Below are positions 6,632 through 14,242 of a DNA stretch of 32,000 bases, piece after piece. The number at the start of each line of letters is the position of its first letter. The stretch's first letter is position 1. The notes below the pieces were generated by a model. That model was not told the origin of the DNA, ran no database searches, and saw only the letters and a program-made list of their open reading frames with translations. The position numbers and the translations under genes were made by a program. Source of the stretch: Thermofilum pendens Hrk 5 (GTDB taxonomy: Archaea > Thermoproteota > Thermoprotei > Thermofilales > Thermofilaceae); the NCBI RefSeq assembly GCF_000015225.1, contig NC_008698.1, positions 600,001 to 632,000 of the forward strand. Direction: 5' to 3'.

Positions 6632-8746
6632 GTGCCGTCGCAGAAAGCCTTGGCAGTATATGCAATGCTAATAGTGTATGTCTTGGTTAGCTTGTATGCT
6701 AACTGTGTGTTAGCGTTGCAAGTACAGGGCACGCCGGTGGCGAGCTTTGCCAATGCTTCTGGAGTGAACGTGACAGTTATCATTGTGGGGTATAACGGTG
6801 AGGATCTTTCTCAACACCTAGTTGATGCGTGGAAACTTAACATTGGGAATCTAACCAAAACATGTCCAAGTGTGAGGTGCACGATAAACCTAACCAGTTA
6901 TGGGGTATACAACGTCACAATAGAGTACCTAAAAGTCCTAGTGTTCAAGAGCCCAGTCAACATTAGTAACTCTACCACTATAAAACTTAGAGTGAACATA
7001 ACAAAGGTCGAAGTAAAACTCTATACCAACGACACGATGCCTCTCCAACTGGACAACTTTTCGGGCTACTTCGACGTAAATGGATTTCAGGTACCGTTTG
7101 ATAAGAACACACCGGTTTATCTGCCCTTTGGAACCTTTAGGTACTTTGTCTCCTTCTCAAACATTAACAGGACAGGCTCCTTCACGGTTGATGGTAGGAG
7201 TACGCGGCTAGATATAGTGCTACCCATCATTAGCAGTGCTGAGATAGTATTTAGGACTCTTGACAATGAAAGCCCGGAAGGATTTAACGCCTCGCTAACA
7301 CTGCGCTACGGGGAGAGAATCGTTCTTAAAGAAGGACCTCCTCTCAGAGATAAGTACTCGCTTTCCTACCCGCTTGCAGGTCTATACCACTTGAGGGTGG
7401 ACTATAGGGGACAAACTGTGTACGAGGGCGACTTCACTATCGACAAGAATAATCGAAGGGTGGAGTTGAAGATTGGAGTTTTTAGGCGCGTAGAGATTCG
7501 GGTGCTCACGGCCGACAATAGGCCGCTGTACTCTGACGACATTTCCTTCGAGGTCGTATCCCCGCTTAACGATAGGATGAAGGTCACTCCGAACCAGGAC
7601 GGCTACTTTAGCTTGGAGTTTTGCCCCTACAACTGGAGGTATACCTTACGGGTGAAAAGCAATACTCTGGGGGAAGTTTTCACGTACGATTTCTATGTGA
7701 AGTCCCCCTCTGTGGAGGTGCAGACAGAGCTCGTATCAACTTATCTTAGGGTCTCTCCGGGAGGATCTGCTAAACTGCCCGGAAACCTCTCCGTGACACT
7801 CTACTACATTTCTAGCTCGCCTATAGTCGTAAAGGTGGTATCGCTTTCACGCGTCGTCGACCAGGTAAACGAGCCAGTGGGCTTCCTGCCGATCAGGGGT
7901 AGGTACAGGGTGGTTGTCGAGTACGCGGGTTACAGGTGGACAACGGATTTCGACAGCGTGGCTCACGGAATTCTAGTGGTTACTGTGCCATTATTCGATG
8001 TTAGAATCTCGGCTGTCGACCTCGATGGCAACCCGCTCTACGGATGCATTGTTGCTTTACGCGTAGGGCAACCCTCACGGCTAGTTTTCCGAGACCAGTT
8101 GCGCAATGGGCAGGCATTCTTCAGCTTTGTTCCAAGCGACTACGGGTCCCTCTCCGTTAACTGCTCCGGTCTCGAAGTACTATCTGCGAGCATTCTTCCC
8201 AAAGAAATTGAAGCCGGTAGCATCAACGTCACGGCACGCGTTAAGACATTCCTGGTCACGGTGAAGGGGTGGTTTAACCGCGCGCTAACAGGGGCGAACG
8301 TCACCCTCGAGGTGAAATACAAGGGAACGGTTCTAACCTTCTCTACGACCACGGACTCCACTGGGACAGCGGTTCTTAGAAACGTGCCTCTACCCCTTGG
8401 AAGCAACGTTACCCTCACGGTGAGCTACGGAGGCTTCAGCGAGGTGAGAAACGTCTATGAGGGATCACCTCGCCAGGAGGTATTCCTCGACGTCTTCCTG
8501 GATACCCCCTTCCTAAAGGCGGGTCTCTACCAAACGGTGCTTCTTCTAGCGACTATAGTCTTCGTAGCCGCAGCATCCTTCGTTGTAGCGCGTAGAGTTG
8601 CACGCATAGCTACGTTCAGGTCGATGTTCGAGGAAGGGGGCTACTTCGAAGAAGAAAAGGAGGGCTTCTTGGAGAGGTTAAAGAAACTCTTCGGGAAGAA
8701 GGAGGAGAAAGAGGAGGAAGAGGAGAGCCTGGATATATTTGTGTAG
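6632..8746 (+). CDS. Type I membrane surface glycoprotein with tandem beta-sandwich (CarboxypepD_reg-like) repeats
   Basis: N-terminal signal-like hydrophobic segment (ALAVYAMLIVYVLVSLYANCVLA). 18 N-x-S/T sequons by eye. Repeated segments resemble VTLEVKYKGTVLTFSTTTDSTGTAVLRNVPLPLGSNVTLTVSYGGF. C-terminal TM LLLATIVFVAAASFVVA is followed by RRVAR and a K/E-rich cytoplasmic tail. Confidence 0.75.
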   Translation: MPSQKALAVYAMLIVYVLVSLYANCVLALQVQGTPVASFANASGVNVTVIIVGYNGEDLSQHLVDAWKLNIGNLTKTCPSVRCTINLTSYGVYNVTIEYLKVLVFKSPVNISNSTTIKLRVNITKVEVKLYTNDTMPLQLDNFSGYFDVNGFQVPFDKNTPVYLPFGTFRYFVSFSNINRTGSFTVDGRSTRLDIVLPIISSAEIVFRTLDNESPEGFNASLTLRYGERIVLKEGPPLRDKYSLSYPLAGLYHLRVDYRGQTVYEGDFTIDKNNRRVELKIGVFRRVEIRVLTADNRPLYSDDISFEVVSPLNDRMKVTPNQDGYFSLEFCPYNWRYTLRVKSNTLGEVFTYDFYVKSPSVEVQTELVSTYLRVSPGGSAKLPGNLSVTLYYISSSPIVVKVVSLSRVVDQVNEPVGFLPIRGRYRVVVEYAGYRWTTDFDSVAHGILVVTVPLFDVRISAVDLDGNPLYGCIVALRVGQPSRLVFRDQLRNGQAFFSFVPSDYGSLSVNCSGLEVLSASILPKEIEAGSINVTARVKTFLVTVKGWFNRALTGANVTLEVKYKGTVLTFSTTTDSTGTAVLRNVPLPLGSNVTLTVSYGGFSEVRNVYEGSPRQEVFLDVFLDTPFLKAGLYQTVLLLATIVFVAAASFVVARRVARIATFRSMFEEGGYFEEEKEGFLERLKKLFGKKEEKEEEEESLDIFV

Positions 8747-8763
8747 CGCACGGGCGGAGGAGG

Positions 8764-9774
8764 ATGGCGAGGTACTTCTTGAAAGTCGAGGAGGGGCTCC
8801 CTCTCGTGGGCCACCTGGCATTCGGCATAGTGGATAGGGGCACAAACCTCCTTCAGATCAGACCGACGTCCTTCTGCCCGCTTTCATGCGTGTTTTGTAG
8901 TGTGGACGCTGGTCCCAGGTCTACCAGGCGCCTCACAGAGTTTCTGGTAGATCACGAGTACCTTGTAAGCTGGTTTGTCGACGTCGCAAAGGCAAAGGGA
9001 CTCGACAAGGCGCACGCGTACATCGACGCCGTGGGCGACCCGCTGACCTACGGAAGGATAATCGAGCTCGTAAGGCTACTCAGCTCTACGGGCGTTGCCG
9101 AGAGTATCACAATAGAGACTCACGGAGCCTTGCTGACACGAGAGCTCGTCGATAAGCTTGCAGACGCGGGGCTTACGCGTATAAACCTCTCTGTCGACGC
9201 GCTGGACCCTTCCCTGGCGCGCACGCTTGCCGGGACTCCCTGGTTCGACGTTAATAGAGTGATAAGCGTGGCTGAGTACATTGCCTCGAGCACGGATATC
9301 GACCTGCTAATAGCGCCCGTGTGGGTTCCAGGCGTTAACGACTCGGAGATACCGAGGATTATCGAGTGGGCCCTGCGGATAGGTGCGGGTAAACGGGTCC
9401 CCCCGCTCGGCATACAGAAGTACGAGGAGCACAAGTACGGTCGCAAGCCGCCGGGGGTAAAGCCGATGAAGTGGCACGAATTCTACTCGAAGCTGGAGGT
9501 CTGGGAGAAGGAGTACGGTGTAAGGCTCAGGATAAGGCCTGAGGATTTCGGTATAAGGAAGGCCCGCGCCTTGCCCCTAGCGTTCAGGAAGGGCGAGAAA
9601 GCCACGGTGAGCGTGGTCTACTGGGGGTGGCTTAAGGGGCAGTGGCTCGGAGTGGCGCGAAACAGGGTCATCACCATAGTAGGAGTACCCGGGGCGCCCC
9701 CGATAGGTAGAAAGGTTAAGGTAAGAATGTTGCGAACCCGTTCTAACATCTACGTGGCTAGGCTAGAAGCGTAG
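8764..9774 (+). CDS. Radical SAM protein with C-terminal TRAM/OB-like segment
   Basis: CPLSCVFC is a Cx3Cx2C radical SAM cluster motif near the N-terminus. 336 aa. SD GGAGGAGG lies directly upstream of the ATG. Confidence 0.85.
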   Translation: MARYFLKVEEGLPLVGHLAFGIVDRGTNLLQIRPTSFCPLSCVFCSVDAGPRSTRRLTEFLVDHEYLVSWFVDVAKAKGLDKAHAYIDAVGDPLTYGRIIELVRLLSSTGVAESITIETHGALLTRELVDKLADAGLTRINLSVDALDPSLARTLAGTPWFDVNRVISVAEYIASSTDIDLLIAPVWVPGVNDSEIPRIIEWALRIGAGKRVPPLGIQKYEEHKYGRKPPGVKPMKWHEFYSKLEVWEKEYGVRLRIRPEDFGIRKARALPLAFRKGEKATVSVVYWGWLKGQWLGVARNRVITIVGVPGAPPIGRKVKVRMLRTRSNIYVARLEA

Positions 9775-9833
9775 GCGCGTACATGAAGGCTTAAATAAAG
9801 AATGGAGTCTTACACCCTGCGGAGGGGTTATAA

Positions 9834-11129
9834 GTGTCGAAGAACCTCGTACTTCAACCTCCCCGGGGAACGAGGGACTGGTTGCCAGAAGAAGCTTACG
9901 CGAAGCGGATAGTGTCCGAGAAAATAAGGGAGGTCTTCGAGAGCTATGGATATGGAGAGGTGATAACCCCTGCCTTCGAGTACCTGGACTTGTTGAAGGC
10001 TAAAGCCGGGGAGGAAGTCGTCGAGCAGATATACGCCTTCAAGGACAAGGCAGGCAGAGAGCTGGGACTAAGGTTCGAGATGACCACGCCTATCGCCAGG
10101 ATAGTGGCCTCGCGGCTTGACCTGGCTAAGCCGCTACGTTTCTACTACGTGCAACCCGTATGGAGGTACGAGGAACCCCAGAGGGGAAGGTGGCGCGAGT
10201 TCTGGCAAGCTGGTATCGAGCTCTTTGGGATCTCTGAGCCGGAAGGCGACGCCGAGGTTGTCGCCGTAACGTTCGACGCTCTAAAGGCTGTAGGGCTCAA
10301 GGACTTCGACATACGGGTTAACGATAGAAGGGTTGTCGAGGATCTCGTGCTGGGAGCAGGGATCCCCGGGGATCTCTTGCCGAGCGCCTTAAGAGTGCTT
10401 GACAAGATGGACAAGTTCGGGGAGGAGTACGTGGTATCCGAGCTGGCGAAGCTCGGGCTAAGGGAGGATGCCGCTACGTCTCTTCTCGAGAAGCTGAAGA
10501 GCGGTAGCCTCGACATTGATACCTCGACGCAGCCCGGTAGGGAGGGGTTGAGGAGGCTAGCCCTCGTGGTGGATACGCTCAAGAACTGTTACGGAATAAA
10601 CGTTACAGTTGACTACGCAATCGTAAGGGGACTCGGGTACTACACGGGTTTTGTGTTCGAGGTAAAAGCAGGCTCTTCGGAGGGGCTGGGGAGCATAGCC
10701 GGGGGCGGGAGATACGACGATCTCGTGAGCGTAGTGGGAGGCCCAAAGATTCCAGCCTCCGGTATGGCTATAGGCGTAGAGAGGCTACTCGAAGCCTTAT
10801 CAATGCAGGGAGCATTAAAGCTCGACTACAGGGAGGTGGACGTCTGCGTCATACCTGTCAAGAAAACCCCGGAAATACTCTCGGAGGCCGTAGCGGTTGC
10901 GAGAGAGCTACGCGTAGCCGGTATGAAGGTTGTCTTGGAGGTCTCTGAGAGGAGCCTATCCAAGCTTCTAGAAGCAGCCTCCAAGAGAGGAGCACGCTTC
11001 GCGATAATACTGGGAGAGAGGGAACTAAAGGAGGGCGTAGTTACTGTGCGTGACTTATACTTGTGGAAGGAGGAGAAAGTTGCGCGTCCGCACTTGTACG
11101 AGTATATAAGAGCAGGCTCCTCGACTTAG
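9834..11129 (+). CDS. hisS: Histidyl-tRNA synthetase
   Basis: PRGTRDWLPEE, class II motif 2 region RYEEPQRGRWREFWQ, motif 3 GGGRYD and a C-terminal anticodon-binding domain. GTG start is preceded by GGAGGGGT. Confidence 0.95.
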   Translation: MSKNLVLQPPRGTRDWLPEEAYAKRIVSEKIREVFESYGYGEVITPAFEYLDLLKAKAGEEVVEQIYAFKDKAGRELGLRFEMTTPIARIVASRLDLAKPLRFYYVQPVWRYEEPQRGRWREFWQAGIELFGISEPEGDAEVVAVTFDALKAVGLKDFDIRVNDRRVVEDLVLGAGIPGDLLPSALRVLDKMDKFGEEYVVSELAKLGLREDAATSLLEKLKSGSLDIDTSTQPGREGLRRLALVVDTLKNCYGINVTVDYAIVRGLGYYTGFVFEVKAGSSEGLGSIAGGGRYDDLVSVVGGPKIPASGMAIGVERLLEALSMQGALKLDYREVDVCVIPVKKTPEILSEAVAVARELRVAGMKVVLEVSERSLSKLLEAASKRGARFAIILGERELKEGVVTVRDLYLWKEEKVARPHLYEYIRAGSST

Positions 11130-11167
11130 CACGAAAAGTATTTTTAAGGTGTAAGTAGGCAAGATCG

Positions 11168-12280
11168 GTGTCCAAACAAGCATACAGAAGGTATTACGAG
11201 GCTATATCGCCTAATGCTCACGAAGTTGACAAGTTGGGGATGCTGGTTCAGGCTGTAACTTTCCCAGAGTCCCTGATGCACGGGATAGGTGCTTACTCCA
11301 GGTTGCACAAGCTACTGCACTCAAAGATCCCGGTGAGTCCAAAGGGCATCGTAGTGAGCGGTATGGGGGGCTCCTTCATAGGTGGTCTTTTCCTCCAGGA
11401 CGTGCTTTACAGCAGGGCGAAGGTTCCGCTGATACTCCTGAGGGATACTTACCTCCCAGCGTTCGTAGACGAGAACTACCTCTTGGTAGCTGTTAGCTAC
11501 TCGGGGAACACGGAGGAAACGATACGCGTAGTTGCCCAGGCTACACAGGCGAAGGTCCCGGTGGTCGCCGTGACTTCTGGAGGGCTTTTACAGAGGTTTG
11601 CCGAGAAATACGGGTTGCCCGTAGTTTCTCTTCCCATGGGGTTGCCTCCCAGGGCCGCTTTCCCGTACATGGCATGCGCTCTCTCTGCGATTGTAGAGGT
11701 GGCGATTGGGGAGGCTAACCTGCTCTCGGAGATCGAGAGTTGTGCCGAAAACCTATCTGCGCGTAGAGACGAGGTCTTCTCGAGGGCCTCCGAGAGCGCC
11801 GAGAACGTAAAGTCCCTAGTCGAGAAGGGGCTTACCCCCCTCGTATACTCGTATAGACCGTACATCTCGGCCGGCTATAGGTTCAAGACCCAGCTAAACG
11901 AAAATGCCAAAATACACGCCTTCTATGCTGACCTCCCGGAAGCCAACCACAACGAAATAATGGGCTGGTCCTCGCCTCTAGCCGGAAAATTCTTCGCGGT
12001 GCTAATCAGGGGACGAGAGGAGCCTTTCTACATGGACGCAAGGATAAGTTTCCTGCGAGAGCTCTTCGAAACGCAGGGTATACCATTCTTGGAGCAAAAA
12101 CCCGTCTTCGACGCTCCGCACACGTGTGAGTTACTACAGCTGATCTACATGCTCGACTTGGTAAGCGTAGCTGTCGCCTTAAAAATGGGGGTCGACCCAA
12201 CACCTGTAGACACGATTACAAAGTTAAAGAAAGTCCTAGATGCACGCATAAACCTAAAGGAGGAACTCGGCCTAGAGTAG
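11168..12280 (+). CDS. Bifunctional phosphoglucose/phosphomannose isomerase (crenarchaeal PGI/PMI family, SIS domain)
   Basis: SIS motifs SGMGGSFIGG and VSYSGNTEET, with length and C-terminal region typical of the PGI/PMI family. TATA-like AAGTATTTTTAAGG lies about 25 nt upstream of GTG 11168. Confidence 0.8.
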   Translation: MSKQAYRRYYEAISPNAHEVDKLGMLVQAVTFPESLMHGIGAYSRLHKLLHSKIPVSPKGIVVSGMGGSFIGGLFLQDVLYSRAKVPLILLRDTYLPAFVDENYLLVAVSYSGNTEETIRVVAQATQAKVPVVAVTSGGLLQRFAEKYGLPVVSLPMGLPPRAAFPYMACALSAIVEVAIGEANLLSEIESCAENLSARRDEVFSRASESAENVKSLVEKGLTPLVYSYRPYISAGYRFKTQLNENAKIHAFYADLPEANHNEIMGWSSPLAGKFFAVLIRGREEPFYMDARISFLRELFETQGIPFLEQKPVFDAPHTCELLQLIYMLDLVSVAVALKMGVDPTPVDTITKLKKVLDARINLKEELGLE

Positions 12281-12301
12281 ACACGCGCGCGTTCGCGCGA
12301 A

Positions 12302-12314
12302 GCGTTTTTAAGTC
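12302..12314 (+). promoter_or_regulatory. TATA-like box upstream of tRNA-Pro (also a T-stretch after the PGI/PMI gene)
   Basis: GCGTTTTTAAGTC is centred about 33 nt upstream of the tRNA 5' end. It is preceded by the GC palindrome CGCGCGTTCGCGCG. Confidence 0.45.
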
Positions 12315-12341
12315 CCCCGTGGCTTATTTGTGCTTGCTTTG

Positions 12342-12484
12342 GGGGCCGTAGTCCAGCCTGGTAGGATGCCTGGCACGAGGCAAAAACTCGCAGGACTTGG
12401 GATCTCGAAGACAAGAGCCCAGGTGGAGCCCGGGAAAACCCCCCGGGCGCCGAATCCCGGGTTCAAATCCCGGCGGCCCCACCA
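12342..12484 (+). tRNA. tRNA-Pro(UGG) with three introns (12375-12396, 12402-12417, 12427-12454)
   Basis: 143-nt span. Acceptor GGGGCCG/CGGCCCC, U8 A9, D arm GTCC-AGCCTGGTA-GGAT, anticodon stem CCTGG/CCAGG (12369-12373/12419-12423), T arm CCGGG-TTCAAAT-CCCGG, A73 and an encoded CCA. Removing the three introns leaves loop C-U-UGG-G-C and variable loop TGGTC, giving 77 nt with CCA. Introns 1 and 2 have perfect 4-bp central helices flanked by 3-nt bulges. Intron 3 has a 7-bp inner helix and a weaker central helix. Confidence 0.75.
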
Positions 12485-12655
12485 TCTCCAGATAATAAGG
12501 GTCATCTCAATGCCTTTTCTTCATCGAGCTCAGAGTAACTCTGATAAATCATCCCCTGAGAGATTAGAGAAGCCGGAAAGATAAAGGTTATCACGATTCC
12601 CTTAACTTAACCGCAAAAGAAAGTGTTGATCGCGCGTGACGAAAATCTGTTTGCG

Positions 12656-12931
12656 TTACCCGCTGAACCTCGTCACGTTCAGTACGTCGACCTGGCTCAC
12701 GCCCTGAACGGACTGTATTATGGTTTCCAGTTCCTCTGTACCCCCCTCCGTTTCCTCAGGCATCAGGATTACCATTCTCAGAGCTTCGAGCCCAAAGGCT
12801 ATGGGCTCAGCTTGGTACTGAGCTACCTGGTACTTCTCCGGTAGCGCGGCAGCTATCTTTTTGTACAGTTCTTCAGGCTTTGTCTCAGCATCGTCTGGCA
12901 ACACTCGCAACAATACTGCTACTTTACTCAT
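12656..12931 (-). CDS. ef1b: Translation elongation factor aEF-1 beta
   Basis: 91 aa. MSKVAVLLRVLPDD...IAFGLEAL...VQGVSQVDVLNVTR is the typical aEF-1beta fold signature. TATA-like TTTTTTATTA lies about 30-40 nt upstream on the minus strand (12961-12971). Confidence 0.9.
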   Translation of the reverse strand: MSKVAVLLRVLPDDAETKPEELYKKIAAALPEKYQVAQYQAEPIAFGLEALRMVILMPEETEGGTEELETIIQSVQGVSQVDVLNVTRFSG

Positions 12932-13251
12932 ACTTCTCGCTCACACCCACAAGTCAGCGATAATAAAAAACTTTCGTCACGCATTTGTAAACGCGGGAGG
13001 CTTCTGCCTCCAGTAAATCAAGGGATCTTGCACGCATGCGCGCACCAATGAACGTAGCGCGTACGGGTAAAGCCTCTTGGGGGATGCGGAGAAAGAGTCA
13101 CACACATTAATGCCGAAGGCACTTCCTTATGGTCTGCAAACTACTTTTCTTGCGTGCTTATATTGTTAAGGAGAACTTCCTAGCCAGCTACGCCCGGTAG
13201 GCTAGCTCTACTCAGACTCGTGGAGCTACCTGGAGCCTCAATGCTTTGTTT

Positions 13252-13431
13252 TTATGGTCCTTCGAAGCCACACTTAGGGCACACATACTTGTTGCCTTGC
13301 TTGCGGCACTTCGAGCACCGCCAGATGACGGCCTCGCCGCAGTTTGGGCATCGGAAGCTTACAGCTTTCTCGTACGGAGCTATAGGCCTCCCGCACGACG
13401 TGCACTTAGGCAGGAGCATTACTCTCGACAT
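13252..13431 (-). CDS. Zn-ribbon protein (COG2888-like, usually linked to aEF-1beta)
   Basis: Not in the ORF track (59 aa). My translation is [59 protein letters not shown], with four CxxC pairs. ATG 13431 lies 3 nt after the stop of the upstream gene. Confidence 0.75.
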   Translation of the reverse strand: MSRVMLLPKCTSCGRPIAPYEKAVSFRCPNCGEAVIWRCSKCRKQGNKYVCPKCGFEGP

Positions 13432-13434
13432 ACC

Positions 13435-13911
13435 TTACCCCCTTCTACACGCCCCCCTCCTTCTCCGTATAAGCATTATAAACCTTGCGGCACGCGAAAG
13501 AATGTTGGGCTGTTGCTCGCCTACCTGTACAGGCACTCTCAGATAAATACCAACTACGACTAAGTCCCCTTTACCGCATTTTGGACAAGTACCCTTTGCC
13601 TGGAATAGCGCGTCTCCCTCGGTGTAAAGCCTTGCCTCTTCGTAGCCGCACGTCTCACACCTTACAAGAGTGAGTAGTTGCCGGGGTGTCTGCTTAACTC
13701 TGAGCACTTTAACCAGATACCACGAGATATACGATGACAGCATGAGTGAGAGCAGAGCAGCAGAGAAGTACTGTTCATTGTTCGTTGAAATCCAGAGTCT
13801 TAGAAGGGCGATTGTTACACCCAGCGTGGCAAGTAGTAGCGCCAAGTAAATGGGGATCCACTTCCTCTTCAGTTGGGCAATCATCTCATCAACGCTACTC
13901 GTACGCAACAC
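13435..13911 (-). CDS. Membrane protein with two TM helices and a C-terminal Zn-ribbon
   Basis: 158-aa ORF with a GTG start. TM segments IPIYLALLLATLGVTIALL and FSAALLSLMLSSYISWYLV, then CETCG...CPKCG. TATA-like GTTTTTAAACG lies upstream on the minus strand (about 13950-13960). Confidence 0.6.
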   Translation of the reverse strand: MLRTSSVDEMIAQLKRKWIPIYLALLLATLGVTIALLRLWISTNNEQYFSAALLSLMLSSYISWYLVKVLRVKQTPRQLLTLVRCETCGYEEARLYTEGDALFQAKGTCPKCGKGDLVVVGIYLRVPVQVGEQQPNILSRAARFIMLIRRRRGACRRG

Positions 13912-14032
13912 CCTCTACCCTAAGAGTTGCCTGTAATAGCATTTGCTCGTTTAAAAACATCGCTATGTATGTACCCGTCTCTTCTCTCTCCGTCGTCGCG
14001 TGCACTACAAAATATTTTTAAAGCTGAATTGT

Positions 14033-14242
14033 ATGGGATGCGGAGAGTCGAGGGTGATGCTATTGGCGTACGTACCTAAGACCCTGGTCCTGGGAAGGTG
14101 CGTGAGGTGCGGCAAGAAGATATACAAGGGAGACGAGTACTACTACTGCCAAGGTTGCGGCGTGAGCTACTGTCCTATATGTGCCAAGAAGACTCAGGGT
14201 AAGTGCCAGATCTGCGGGAAGCCACTCGTCAAGAAGCCGTAG
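14033..14242 (+). CDS. Small multi-CxxC zinc-ribbon protein
   Basis: CxxC pairs CMGC, CVRC, CQGC, CPIC and CQIC. The track start at 14000 lies upstream of the TATA box AAATATTTTTAAAG (14009-14022). The real start is therefore probably ATG 14033 or ATG 14057. Confidence 0.55.
   Translation: MGCGESRVMLLAYVPKTLVLGRCVRCGKKIYKGDEYYYCQGCGVSYCPICAKKTQGKCQICGKPLVKKP

Noticed and set aside
12330-12584. 84-aa plus ORF, with minus ORFs 12145..12414 and 12308..12505
   Set aside because: They overlap the three-intron tRNA-Pro gene and its flanks, and their composition follows the tRNA sequence.
12485-12655. Possible C/D-box or other sRNA in the 170-nt tRNA-Pro/ef1b spacer
   Set aside because: Only degenerate box-like strings are present (GGATGATT, CGATGAAG, several CTGA), without correct order or 12-nt spacing.
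13220-13563. Two overlapping plus-strand ORFs (108 and 105 aa)
   Set aside because: They are antisense to the 59-aa COG2888-type Zn-ribbon gene and the end of the TM Zn-ribbon gene. Both of those have clear CxxC motif support.
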